The notes beneath the pieces were generated by a model. It was not told the DNA's origin and searched no databases. It saw nothing but the letters and a program-made list of their open reading frames with translations. A stretch of 64,000 bases of DNA, taken from the NCBI GenBank assembly GCA_963813725.1, contig CAWFAI010000010.1:97217-161216 (forward strand), written 5' to 3'. Positions within the stretch are counted from its first letter, which is position 1, and each line of letters starts with the position of its first letter. The translations under genes were made by a program, and so were the position numbers. This DNA comes from an uncultured Solirubrobacterales bacterium. GTDB taxonomy: Bacteria; Actinomycetota; Thermoleophilia; Solirubrobacterales; 70-9. This document shows, one piece after another, positions 30,135-39,454 of this stretch.

Positions 30135-30836
30135 ATGAGAACCAGGAAGAGCAGGGCATTCGTGGTGGCGGTGGTGGCCGCGCTCGCCGGAGTGACGGCG
30201 ACGTCCGCCCTCGCCGCGTTCATCGAGGGCACCAACGGCGACGACCAGCTGATGGGGACGCCCCAGGGGGACCTGATCCTGGCCAAGGCGGGCAACGACG
30301 GGGTCGTTGCGGGCCCCGGTAACGACGGCGTTGACGCCGGCGACGGCAACGACAGCGTCCTCGCCAACCAGGGCCGCGACAACGTCTCGGGCGGCCTCGG
30401 CGATGACGTCCTCGACGGCGGCCAGGGCCGCGACATCGTCTTCGGCCAGGACGGGAACGACAACGTGCTCGGCCGACAGGGCGGCGACGAGGTGCGCGGC
30501 CGCAACGGCGACGACATCGTCCGCGGAGGCCGCGGGCATGACTTCGTCTTCGCCGGCGTCGGCGTGGACACCACCTTCGGCGGACCCGGCGGCGACGTGA
30601 TGTTCGCCCTCGCCAAGGCCGACGCTGCCAACCCGGGCGGCGACACGCTGTTCGGCGGGCGCGGCAACGACGTCATCCGCGTCTCGGACAACGAGACCGA
30701 CCGCGTCGACTGCGGCCGGGGGCGCCGCGACCGCGCCATCGTGGACCCGGGCGACCTGGACCAGGTCACCAACTGCGAGATCGTGGTCCAGCGCCCGCCC
30801 CGTGAGGAGGAGGACGACCCCGAGGTCACCTCCTAG
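30135..30836 (+). CDS. Secreted calcium-binding protein with hemolysin-type (RTX-like) Gly/Asp repeats
   Basis: Signal peptide MRTRKSRAFVVAVVAALAGVTATSALA, followed by about 10 GxDxL/GGxGxD-type nonapeptide-like repeats. Confidence 0.75.
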   Translation: MRTRKSRAFVVAVVAALAGVTATSALAAFIEGTNGDDQLMGTPQGDLILAKAGNDGVVAGPGNDGVDAGDGNDSVLANQGRDNVSGGLGDDVLDGGQGRDIVFGQDGNDNVLGRQGGDEVRGRNGDDIVRGGRGHDFVFAGVGVDTTFGGPGGDVMFALAKADAANPGGDTLFGGRGNDVIRVSDNETDRVDCGRGRRDRAIVDPGDLDQVTNCEIVVQRPPREEEDDPEVTS

Positions 30837-30897
30837 GCGGCAGCAGGACAAGATGGGACGGGTAGGCGAGGGGCCGCGAAAGCGGCCCCTCGTCGTC

Positions 30898-31680
30898 TCA
30901 CTGCTCGGCCAGGATCTTCGCCTTCTCGCGGTCGAACTCGACCTTCGTCAGCGCGCCCTCCTCGCGCAGCTTCTGCAGCCGCTCGATCCTGGCGATGGTG
31001 TCGCCCGATCCGGCCCTGGCGACAGAGCCGCCCGCCGACCCCCACTTCATCTTCTGGCCGATCTGCTGCGCGGCCTGGGCCTGGTCCATACCGGCGCGCA
31101 TCCGCCCCGTCGCGCCCGTCGTCATGCCACCCGTCGCGCCGGCGCTGGTGGATCGCTCGCCGCTCGTGGGTCGCTCGCCGCCCCGGTTCGTCAGGCCCCG
31201 CAGCGCGCTCCACAGCCCGATCAGCAGCGCGGGCACGCCCATCACCAGGAAGGTGACGCCGGTGATCGTCGCCCCCAGCTCGCTGTCGGGCCGGCCCACC
31301 ACCTCCCCGGTCTGGGGATCGGTGATCTCGCCGTAGGGGCCGCCCAGCATCAGCGCCGCCCCCGTGCCGGCGAAGAAGATCCCCCAGGCGAGAGTGGCCC
31401 AGCCGAACATGCCGACCGTCCTGCGGCCCTCGCCCCAGGGGGGATCGCCCCTGAAGGCGAAGATCGCGCACCCGATCAGCCCGCCGATGATCGAGGCGAA
31501 CAGCAGCAGGGCCTTCGACCCCGTCCCCTCGGGGCACTCATAGCCCTGCCGGATCTCGAACGGCACGTTCCCCGATGCACAGGTCCCGATGTCCAGCAGC
31601 TCCTGCAGCGTGACGTTGAACAGCACCAGCCCGCCGAAGAACAGCGCCAGCCCGACCCCCGCTTTGACCAAGTACCCCAC
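30898..31680 (-). CDS. Membrane protein with C-terminal SHOCT domain
   Basis: 260 aa with about 4 helices. The C-terminal IERLQKLREEGALTKVEFDREKAKIL is a SHOCT motif. Confidence 0.65.
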   Translation of the reverse strand: MGYLVKAGVGLALFFGGLVLFNVTLQELLDIGTCASGNVPFEIRQGYECPEGTGSKALLLFASIIGGLIGCAIFAFRGDPPWGEGRRTVGMFGWATLAWGIFFAGTGAALMLGGPYGEITDPQTGEVVGRPDSELGATITGVTFLVMGVPALLIGLWSALRGLTNRGGERPTSGERSTSAGATGGMTTGATGRMRAGMDQAQAAQQIGQKMKWGSAGGSVARAGSGDTIARIERLQKLREEGALTKVEFDREKAKILAEQ

Positions 31681-31712
31681 GAGGCGGGGACCCTACCCCA
31701 GCCCGCGCGAGC

Positions 31713-32180
31713 TCAGATCTTGCAGGTGGCCAGCCCGCGCTTCTCGAGGTAGCGCTGGTGGTAGTCCTCGGCGGCGTAGAACTCGCCGGCGGGGAGGATC
31801 TCGGTCACGATCGGCTTGCGGTGGTTGGCCTGCTCGCGCTCGCGGGAGGCGGTCGCCTCGCGCTCCTGCTCGGGGGTGTGGAAGAAGATCGCGGTGCGGT
31901 ACTGCGTGCCCACGTCCGGTCCCTGGCGGTTCATCTGCGTGGGGTCGTGCAGGTTCCAGAAGACGTCGAGCAAGTCCGAATAGGAAACCTCTTCAGGATC
32001 GAACGTGACCTCGACCGCCTCGGCGTGGCCCGTCGCCCCGGTGCAGACCTCCTCGTAGCTGGGGTTCTGCTTGGTGCCGCCCGTGTAGCCGACGATGGCG
32101 TCCTTGACCCCGTCGGTATTGCGGAAATCGACCTCGACCTGCCAGAAGCAACCCGCCGCGAACGTCGCCTTCTCGTACAT
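31713..32180 (-). CDS. msrA: Peptide-methionine (S)-S-oxide reductase
   Basis: [13 protein letters not shown] and VGYTGG motifs. The tracked ORF starts at 32201, but the internal ATG 32180 has an upstream GGAGG. Confidence 0.9.
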   Translation of the reverse strand: MYEKATFAAGCFWQVEVDFRNTDGVKDAIVGYTGGTKQNPSYEEVCTGATGHAEAVEVTFDPEEVSYSDLLDVFWNLHDPTQMNRQGPDVGTQYRTAIFFHTPEQEREATASREREQANHRKPIVTEILPAGEFYAAEDYHQRYLEKRGLATCKI

Positions 32181-32232
32181 CTGACCTCCTGTCGTGGACA
32201 CAACAGATGGTAGGCGCGGCGGCTAACTGCGC

Positions 32233-32772
32233 CTAAAACGGATACGGCTGGTCCGGCCACGGCATCCGGCCGCGGAACTGTTGCCAGCGCCGCCTGCGGA
32301 TCGCCGTGCGGACCAGCTCGCGGTCGTGGTCATAGGTCAGCAGGCTCCGTGCCTCGCGCGGCGTCAGCCAGCGCAGCTCGTCGACCTCGCCGTGCGAGCG
32401 GAACTCGCCGTCGATCGGCTCCATCAGCCAGTAGCGGACGAGCTTGCGCCGGGCCTTGCGGTCCAGGTAGGTGACCCGCGGCAGCTCGGGCCCCATCTCG
32501 CAGCGGTAGCCGGTCTCCTCCTCGACCTCGCGAAGCGCGGCCTCCTGCCAGCCCTCGCCCTGCTCGAGCTTTCCCTTCGGCAGCGACCAGTCCATGTACT
32601 TGGGCCGGTGGATCACGGCCACACGGGTACGGCGGTCGTCGTCGCGGCGCAGCACCACGCCCCCGGCGGCCGTGATGTCGGGCTTGCCGTCGGCGGTCTG
32701 GAGCTTTCTGCGCGCCACGGGTGAGGGAGCGTATGGGACGCGCGGGAGCGCCCGGTCCCACCGGTTATCCAT
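32233..32772 (-). CDS. NUDIX hydrolase
   Basis: Nudix box GKLEQGEGWQEAALREVEEETG. Confidence 0.85.
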   Translation of the reverse strand: MDNRWDRALPRVPYAPSPVARRKLQTADGKPDITAAGGVVLRRDDDRRTRVAVIHRPKYMDWSLPKGKLEQGEGWQEAALREVEEETGYRCEMGPELPRVTYLDRKARRKLVRYWLMEPIDGEFRSHGEVDELRWLTPREARSLLTYDHDRELVRTAIRRRRWQQFRGRMPWPDQPYPF

Positions 32773-32780
32773 CCGGGCCG

Positions 32781-33008
32781 ATGGCGAAGATCGCGACGAT
32801 GCTTCTGGCGAAGATCGACTGCTCGGACCCCGAATGCGAGGAGGACCTGGAGATAGTGATCGAGGACCTCGCCGAGCTGGGCGGGCTGGTCTGCGAGTGC
32901 GGCTACGGCTTCGTCCTCACCAGCGTCTCCGAGCTGCGGCCCGACGACGCCAAGGTCGTCTCGATCCAGTTCCGGCAGGGCCGCGCGCTGCGCAAGCTGG
33001 CCGCCTAG
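32781..33008 (+). CDS. Small Cys-containing hypothetical protein
   Basis: ATG 32781 lies inside tracked ORF 32721..33008. 75 aa with high GC3 and Cys pattern C..PEC ... CEC. Confidence 0.4.
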   Translation: MAKIATMLLAKIDCSDPECEEDLEIVIEDLAELGGLVCECGYGFVLTSVSELRPDDAKVVSIQFRQGRALRKLAA

Positions 33009-33062
33009 CCGCCGCGCCGGGGACGCCGCGCCTGATGGCGAAGCCGTGAATAGCATCGCCGC

Positions 33063-33827
33063 GTGCGCCGCATGAGCCCCGAGCGGGAAGAGGTGCCGCG
33101 CCTGCCGGTGATGCAGGTGCTGCGGGTCGTCTGGCGGGTCTACCGGCGCAAGTGGAAGTTCCTGGTGCCGCTCTCGCTCGTCGTGCTGCTGCCGCAGGCG
33201 GCGGCGGACGCCGTCTTCGGTGACGTCGAGGTGGAGCGCGTCGAGACCGCCGAGGACATTCTGAACCTCGCCTCGATCCCGCTGGCGATCGCGATCAACC
33301 TCGGCGGCGAGGCGCTGTACGCGGGCATCGTGGCGGCGGCGGTCGTCGAGTGGGCGCGGGGCCGCGAGCTGCGCGACGTCCCGGGGGCGATCCGTTCTAT
33401 CGAGTACGGGCGCCTGATCGCGCTCGACCTCATCCTCGCCGTCGGCACGGTCATCGGCCTGGTCCTGCTGATCGCCCCGGGCCTGATCTTCTTCACCTAC
33501 CTGGCGGTCTCGCCGGCGCTGATCGAGCTCGACGGCGACACCGTGAAGCAGGCGCTGCGCCGCAGCGCGCAGCTTGTCCGCGGCAACTTCTGGCGCGTTC
33601 TCGGCTTCACCCTGATCGTGCTTGTCGTCACCGACTCGTTCGCCACCCTGCTCGAGTCCCCGATCCACGGCGTGCACGGAGAGCTCCTCTTCAACCTGCT
33701 GATCGAGGCGGTCGTCGAGCCCTTCCAGGGCCTGACCACGGTCTTCCTCGCCCTGGCGCTGCTGGGCCTGCACGGGCACGACGACAGGCTGGCGCAGTTC
33801 GTCGAGCGCATGAAAGGCGCCGACTAG
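33063..33827 (+). CDS. Hypothetical polytopic membrane protein
   Basis: 254 aa with about 5-6 helices and good GC3. No family recognised. The start is ambiguous (GTG 33063 or ATG 33072). Confidence 0.5.
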   Translation: MRRMSPEREEVPRLPVMQVLRVVWRVYRRKWKFLVPLSLVVLLPQAAADAVFGDVEVERVETAEDILNLASIPLAIAINLGGEALYAGIVAAAVVEWARGRELRDVPGAIRSIEYGRLIALDLILAVGTVIGLVLLIAPGLIFFTYLAVSPALIELDGDTVKQALRRSAQLVRGNFWRVLGFTLIVLVVTDSFATLLESPIHGVHGELLFNLLIEAVVEPFQGLTTVFLALALLGLHGHDDRLAQFVERMKGAD

Positions 33828-33839
33828 ACTGCGCGGGCG

Positions 33840-34221
33840 ATGGGCCGCGCGATCCACTTCGAGATCCACGCCGAGGACCCCGAGCGCGCGGCCGACTTCT
33901 ACCGGGACGTGTTCGGCTGGGAGATCCAGAAGTGGGACGGCCCGGTGGACTACTGGCTGGTCACCACCGGGCCCGACGACGAGCGCCGGCATCAACGGCG
34001 CGGTGATTCGCCGCATGGGCGGCGCGCCCGGCGACGGCCAGTCCGTGAACGCCTTCGTCAACACCATCCAGGTGGACTCGATCGACGAGACCGAGCGCCG
34101 GGTGCCCGACGCGGGCGGCGAGCAGGTCGTCGCTCAGGACACCATCCCCGGCGTCGGCAAGGTCTCCTACTTCAAGGACACCGAGGGCAACATCTTCGGG
34201 GCGCTGGAGCCGGCCGAGTGA
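33840..34221 (+). pseudogene. VOC/glyoxalase family protein, frameshifted
   Basis: The N-terminus is [29 protein letters not shown]. The frame changes near 33984 to [30 protein letters not shown] (ORF 34003..34221). (382-1) nt is a multiple of 3. Confidence 0.8.
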
Positions 34222-34964
34222 GCGGCGCCGCCGGCCCCGGCGGCCCCCAGGCGGGCGGCCCCGCGCAGTCGAACCGCCGTACCCAGCTGATCGTCCTCGG
34301 CGTGCTCGCGGCGCTGATCCTGGTCGCGGCGATCGTGATCAGCCAATCCGGCTCGGACGACTCCGGCTCCGGCGAGTCGAGCGGCGGCGAGACCGCCTCG
34401 GTGGAGGACGCGCTCGAGGGCATCCCGCAGGAGGGCGTCCTCCTGGGCGAGGACGGCGCCCCCGACCTGGTGACCGAGTTCGTCGACCTGCAGTGCCCCT
34501 TCTGCGCCGAGTTCTCCACCAACGCTTTCAACGACGTCGTCGAGCAGCACGTCCGGCCCGGCGACGTCCTCTACGAGCTGCGGGTGATCAGCTTCCTGGG
34601 AGAGGACTCGGGCGTGGCGGCGGAGATGGCGGCGGCCGCGGCGCTGCAGAACAGGCTCTACGAGTTCACCGAGACCTTCTACCTGAACCAGGGCGAGGAG
34701 AACTCCGGCTACGTGACCGAGGAGTTCCTGACCGAGATCGCCGAGAAGACGCCGGGCCTCGACGCCGAACAGGCGCTGGCGGACCGCAGCAGCCCCGAGG
34801 CGCAGGAGCTGGTCGCCGAGAACGAGGCCAGGGCGACCGAGCTGGGCGTCAACTCCACGCCCACGTTCCTGCTGTCCGAGGGCGGCGAGCCGACCGAGCT
34901 CCAGCTCAGCGACCTCACCCCCGACGCGTTCACCCAGGCGCTCGCCGCGGCGCGCGGCGGGTGA
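34218..34964 (+). CDS. DsbA-family thiol:disulfide oxidoreductase (membrane-anchored)
   Basis: GTG 34218 overlaps the VOC stop (GTGA). One N-terminal helix. The CPFC active site sits in [12 protein letters not shown]. This is the tail of tracked ORF 33840..34964. Confidence 0.8.
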   Translation: MSGAAGPGGPQAGGPAQSNRRTQLIVLGVLAALILVAAIVISQSGSDDSGSGESSGGETASVEDALEGIPQEGVLLGEDGAPDLVTEFVDLQCPFCAEFSTNAFNDVVEQHVRPGDVLYELRVISFLGEDSGVAAEMAAAAALQNRLYEFTETFYLNQGEENSGYVTEEFLTEIAEKTPGLDAEQALADRSSPEAQELVAENEARATELGVNSTPTFLLSEGGEPTELQLSDLTPDAFTQALAAARGG

Positions 34965-35383
34965 GCGACGGCCAGCTCCGCCTGGCGGCCGCAGCGCTCG
35001 CGCTGGCCGGGCTCGCGATCGCGATCTACCTGACGGTCGTCCACTACGACCACTCCAGCCCGGTCTGCGTCGGCGGCGGAGGCGGCTGCGAGAAGGTCCA
35101 GACCTCGGACTACGCCGAGCTGGCCGACGTCCCGGTCGCGCTGATCGGCGCGATCGGCTACGCGGCGATCCTGGTCTCGCTCGCGCTGCCGGCCGAGCCC
35201 AGCCGATTCCTGGGCGCGCTGCTCGGGAGCGTCGGCTTCGGGTTCAGCATCTACCTCACCTACCTGGAGCTGTTCGTCATCGACGCGATCTGCCAGTGGT
35301 GCGTCGCGAGCGCGTTGGTGATGACGGCCCTGGCGCTGGTGACCATGTGGAGGTTCCTGAAGTCGGCCGACGCCCAGGCCTGA
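34961..35383 (+). CDS. Vitamin K epoxide reductase (VKOR) family protein
   Basis: GTG 34961 overlaps the DsbA stop (GTGA). 140 aa with 4 helices, loop Cys pair CVGGGGGC and active-site CQWC. Confidence 0.8.
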   Translation: MSDGQLRLAAAALALAGLAIAIYLTVVHYDHSSPVCVGGGGGCEKVQTSDYAELADVPVALIGAIGYAAILVSLALPAEPSRFLGALLGSVGFGFSIYLTYLELFVIDAICQWCVASALVMTALALVTMWRFLKSADAQA

Positions 35384-35416
35384 GACCGGGTCCCGCCTGG
35401 GTAGGATCGCCACACC

Positions 35417-36596
35417 TTGGCCGGCGAGCTCGGACACGAGGCGGTGGCGGTCGGTTACGCCAACGTCACAAAGCGCTACGCGGGGCAGGACGAGCCCGCC
35501 GTCCGCGACCTCTCACTCGAGGTCCCGGCGGGCGAGATCTGCGTGCTGGTCGGGCCTTCGGGCTGCGGCAAGACGACCGCGATGCGGATGGTCAACCGCA
35601 CCGTCAGCATCACCGAGGGCGACATCCGGGTCGGCGAGAAATCGGTTCGCGACCGCGACCCGGCCCAGCTGCGGCGGGAGATCGGCTACGTGATCCAGCA
35701 GATCGGGTTGTTCCCGCACCGCACGATCGGCGACAACATCGCCACCGTCCCCTCGCTGGTCGGGTGGGACGACGAGCGGGTGGAGAAGCGCATCGGCGAG
35801 TTGCTGGAGCTGATCGGGCTCGATGCCGAGATGCGCGACCGCTATCCCGCCCAGCTCTCGGGCGGCCAGCAACAGCGGGTCGGCGTGGCTCGGGCGCTCG
35901 CCGCGGACCCGCCGCTGATGCTGATGGATGAGCCCTTCGGCGCCATCGACCCGATCAACCGCGAGCGCCTGCAGAACGAGTTCCTGCGGCTGCAGGCGAA
36001 CATCCGCAAGACCGTCCTCTTCGTCACCCACGACATCGACGAGGCGATCAAGATGGGCGACCGGATCGCGATCATGAAGCAGGGCGGCGTCCTCGCTCAG
36101 TACGCGACACCCGCCGAGCTGCTGATGGCGCCGGCCGACGAGTTCGTCCAGGACTTCGTCGGCGCCGACCGCGCCTTGAAGCGGCTGGCGCTGATGCGCG
36201 TCCGCGACATCGACCTCTGGGAGGCTCCGCTGGCCCACGTCGGCCAGGCGATGGGCGAGGTGCGGGCGAAGCTGGAGGGCGCCGAGGTCCCCCACCCCCT
36301 GCTGGTCGACTCCGAGCGGCGCCCGCTGGGCTGGCTGTCCGAGCGCGACCTGCAAGCAGGAGACCGTCCCCGCCAAGCCCGGCTCGGGGCCGGACCCGAT
36401 CCTGGAGGCCGACGACGTGCTGCGCGACGCGCTCGCCGACGTGCTCCAGGCCGAGACGCTGTACGCGCCGGTGGTGGACGGCGAGGGACGCATCGCGGGG
36501 GTGCTCAGCGTCGAGATCATCTCCGACTTCCTCAGCTCGCCCGAGGCGGCGGTGGAGGAGCACTCAGCGGTCGAGCGGCCCCATGGCGATGCCTGA
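35417..36596 (+). pseudogene. Osmoprotectant (glycine betaine/choline type) ABC transporter ATP-binding protein with CBS region, frameshifted
   Basis: Walker A GPSGCGKTT, LSGGQQQRVGVARAL and LMDEPFGAIDP are present. The frame changes near 36359. The repaired tail (ETVPAKPGSGPDPILEADDVLRDALADVLQAETLYAPVVDGEGRIAGVLSVEII..) is CBS-like and ends at TGA 36594-36596. The start may be GTG 35447. Confidence 0.85.
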
Positions 36597-37363
36597 CGCC
36601 GGCGCCGCGGCGCAGCTGCTGGCCCAGGTCGAGATCCGCGAGCGCACGGGCGAGAGCTGTCCCGAGCGCAACCCCTTCTTCTGCTTCGACTGGGCCGCCG
36701 ACAACTACGACCGCTATGTCGACCCCACCCTCGAGCACATCGTCCTGGTCACGGTCTCGGTGGTGGCGGGCTTCCTGATCGCCTTCGGGCTCGCCTACAT
36801 CTCGCATCGCCGTCGCTGGCTGATGCCCGCCTTCCTGGGCGGGACGGGAATCCTCTACACGATCCCCTCGATCGCGTTCTTCGCCCTGCTGCTGCCGATC
36901 ACCGGGCGCGGAACCGTCACGGCCATCATCGCGCTGACGGCGTTCAACGCTGCAGATCATCTACCGCAACATCGTCGCCGGGCTGGCCAACGTGCCCGAG
37001 GGCTCCAAGGAGGCCGGGCGGGGCATGGGCATGACCCAGAACCAGCTCTTCCGCCGAGTCGAGCTGCCGCTCGCGGTCCCGGAGATCATCGCCGGACTGC
37101 GGATCGCGACCGTCTCCACGGTCGCGATCGCGACGCTCGCGGTGTTCGCCGGCGGCGGCGGGCTCGGCGCCGAGTTCACCGGCCAGATCGACTTCAAGAC
37201 GAACGTGATCATCGCCTCGCTGATCTGCGTGGTGATGGCGGTGATCTTTGACCTGCTGCTGGTGTTGCTTCAGGCCTTGATCACGCCCTGGCGCTCCGAG
37301 GGCGCCGTGAAGGAGCATCGCAAGGGGCGCTTCTTCGAGATGTTCCGCAGGACGGCCTCATGA
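36583..37363 (+). pseudogene. Osmoprotectant ABC transporter permease, frameshifted
   Basis: ORF 36583..37251 joins ORF 36992..37363 across a frame change near 36949 (..IIALTAFN / LQIIYRNIVAGLANVPEGSKEAGRGMGMTQNQLFRRVELPLAVPEI..). (781-1) nt is a multiple of 3. Confidence 0.85.
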
Positions 37364-38085
37364 TCCTGCCGCTCGCCTTCCTCGGCAACTTCGGCGGCGC
37401 CATCGAGTTCATCTTCGAGCCGCAGACCACCCGCTTCACCGGCGGCCGCGAGGTCGGCGGCCTCGATCAGGTCTGGGAGTTCACCCAGACCCACATCGAG
37501 ATCAGCGCGGTGGCGCTGGCGGTCTCGCTTGTCATCGCGCTGCCGGTGGGCGCGGTGCTGGGCCACTACGGCAAGGGAGAGGTGTTCGCGATCAGCGTCG
37601 GCAACTCCTGGCGCGGGATCCCCGAGCTGGCGCTGATCGCGCTCGTCGTCGCCTTCGTCGGCTTCGGCTTCCTCAACGTCGCGATCGCACTGATGGTGCT
37701 CGGGATCCCGCCGATCCTGACCAACTCCTTCGTCGGCGTGCGCCAGGTGGACCCCAACGCCGTCGAGGCGGCGCGCGGGATGGGAATGAACGACCTCCAA
37801 ATCCTGACCAGGGTCGAGCTGCCGCTGGCTGTGCCGACGATCATGAGCGGGGTGCGCACGGGTGCGATCAACATCATCGCCACCGCCACGATCGCCCCGC
37901 TGGCCGGCGTGGTCACGCTCGGCGACTTCATCCTGGGCCCCAACGTCTACGGCGACGAGGGCGTGATCGCGGGCGCGATCCTGGTCGCCCTGCTCGCGAT
38001 CCTGGTGGAGCTGGGCCTGGCCGGGTTGCAGCGCCTGCTGACGCCGAAAGGGCTGAAGCTGGCACGCCAGCGCGCAGCGGCATAG
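37360..38085 (+). CDS. Osmoprotectant ABC transporter permease (second subunit)
   Basis: 241 aa. ATGA overlap with the upstream gene. EAARGMGMNDLQILTRVELPLAVPTIMSG is the conserved EAA-loop region. Confidence 0.85.
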   Translation: MILPLAFLGNFGGAIEFIFEPQTTRFTGGREVGGLDQVWEFTQTHIEISAVALAVSLVIALPVGAVLGHYGKGEVFAISVGNSWRGIPELALIALVVAFVGFGFLNVAIALMVLGIPPILTNSFVGVRQVDPNAVEAARGMGMNDLQILTRVELPLAVPTIMSGVRTGAINIIATATIAPLAGVVTLGDFILGPNVYGDEGVIAGAILVALLAILVELGLAGLQRLLTPKGLKLARQRAAA

Positions 38086-38146
38086 GATCACGGCGTTCAC
38101 ACGCCCCGGTCTTCGGTAGGTGGGGCCCCAACGAGAGGAGGCTCAC

Positions 38147-39133
38147 GTGCTGAGCAACGACAAACGCTGGCGCGCATTGTTCGCGCTGATGGCTGCGTTC
38201 GTGCTTGCGCTCGGCGTCGCCGCGTGCGGCGATGACGATGACGACGAAGGAGACGGGGGCGGCGATACATCCGGCTCGCTGATCGAGTCGAACGCCGACA
38301 ACGAGGGCAAGGCGATCACGGTCGGTTCGAAGAACTTCACCGAGCAGATCGTGCTCGGCGAGATCTACGCCCAGGCCCTGACGGCCGCGGGCTACGACGT
38401 CTCGACCGACCTCAGCCTCGGATCCGAGCAGGTCGCCCTGGATGCGCTCAAGGCCGGCCAGATCAGCGGCTATCCCGAGTACACGACGACCGCTCTGACC
38501 ACGTTCTACGGCGCGGCGCCCGAATCGGTGCCGACCGACGTGGGCGAGGCGGCGACTCAGGCCCGAGCAGAGTTCGAGAAGGACGGCCTGGTGATGTTCG
38601 AGCCGGCCCCGTTCTTGAGCGAGAACGCGGTTGGGCTCCTCGCCACGAAGGCGGATGAGCTCGGGGTCGAGACGATCTCGGACCTCGAGGGCCAGAGCCA
38701 GGACCTGGTCCTGTTCGGCTCGCCCGAGTGCCGCCAGCGCGTGGACTGCCTGGTCGGGCTCGAGGACGGCTACGGCCTCCAGTTCAAGCAGTTCACCCCC
38801 GTTGACATCGAGCAGCGCTATCCGGTGCTCGACGACGGGCAGGCGGACCTCTCGATCGTGTTCACGCTCGATGGCGAGCTCGCGGCCTCGGACAAGTACG
38901 TGACCCTCGAGGACGACCAGGGCGTCTTCCCGGCAGCGGGCAACCCCGCGTTCGTGACCGACCAGGCCACGGTCGACGAGGCCGGACCCGATTACCAGGA
39001 GACGATCGAGCTAGTCCAGGAGGGCCTCACCGAAGAGGTCATGCAGGAGCTCAACGCCCGGGTCGACATCGATCGCGAGGAGGCCACCGCGGTCGCCACC
39101 CAGTACCTCCAGGAAGAGGGCTACATCGAGTAG
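38147..39133 (+). CDS. Glycine betaine/osmoprotectant ABC transporter substrate-binding lipoprotein
   Basis: GTG 38147 follows GAGAGGAGG. Lipobox LALGVAAC. ITVGSKNFTEQIVLGEIYAQAL is typical of OpuCC/OpuBC-type binding proteins. Confidence 0.85.
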   Translation: MLSNDKRWRALFALMAAFVLALGVAACGDDDDDEGDGGGDTSGSLIESNADNEGKAITVGSKNFTEQIVLGEIYAQALTAAGYDVSTDLSLGSEQVALDALKAGQISGYPEYTTTALTTFYGAAPESVPTDVGEAATQARAEFEKDGLVMFEPAPFLSENAVGLLATKADELGVETISDLEGQSQDLVLFGSPECRQRVDCLVGLEDGYGLQFKQFTPVDIEQRYPVLDDGQADLSIVFTLDGELAASDKYVTLEDDQGVFPAAGNPAFVTDQATVDEAGPDYQETIELVQEGLTEEVMQELNARVDIDREEATAVATQYLQEEGYIE

Positions 39134-39159
39134 TCAGGTCAAAGCAGCGCAAGCAACAC

Positions 39160-39192
39160 GAAGCCGGCCGGGGCGCTGCCCCGGCCGGCTTC
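39160..39192. terminator. Strong bidirectional hairpin between convergent genes
   Basis: gaagccggccgggg / ccccggccggcttc forms a perfect 14-bp GC-rich stem around a short loop (cgctg, 39174-39178). It lies between the binding-protein stop (39133) and the CsbD stop (39199). Confidence 0.6.
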
Positions 39193-39198
39193 CCCTTG

Positions 39199-39381
39199 CT
39201 AGTCCCTGTTCTTGTCGCGGTTGAGGACGTCCTTGACCTTGTCCGCGGCGTCGTCGGCCTTCTCCTTGATATCGGACATGGCCTTGTCGACCTTGCCCTC
39301 CCGCTTCAGGCCGTCGTCGTCGGTCAGATCACCCGCAGCTTCCTTGGTGCGGCCCTTGGCCTCATCGATGTTCTCACCCAT
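39199..39381 (-). CDS. CsbD family stress-response protein
   Basis: 60 aa. MGENIDEAKGRTKEAAGDLTDDDGLKREGKVDKAMSDIKEKADD matches the CsbD repeat pattern. Confidence 0.85.
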   Translation of the reverse strand: MGENIDEAKGRTKEAAGDLTDDDGLKREGKVDKAMSDIKEKADDAADKVKDVLNRDKNRD

Positions 39382-39420
39382 CGTTTTCTCTCAGCTCCTT
39401 TGATTGGTCTCCCCAATCGC

Positions 39421-39445
39421 GTACCCGGCGCTGCGCCGTGAAAAC
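39421..39445 (-). promoter_or_regulatory. SigB/SigF-type promoter candidate upstream of the CsbD gene
   Basis: The minus strand reads GTTT-N15-GGGTAC, ending 39 nt before the ATG. AAGGAG lies in between. Confidence 0.45.
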
Positions 39446-39454
39446 CTTCCAGCC

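Noticed and set aside
35399-35404. GGGTAG upstream of the Opu ATPase as a stress promoter
   Set aside because: No matching GTTT element at the appropriate spacing, and it is too close to the candidate starts.
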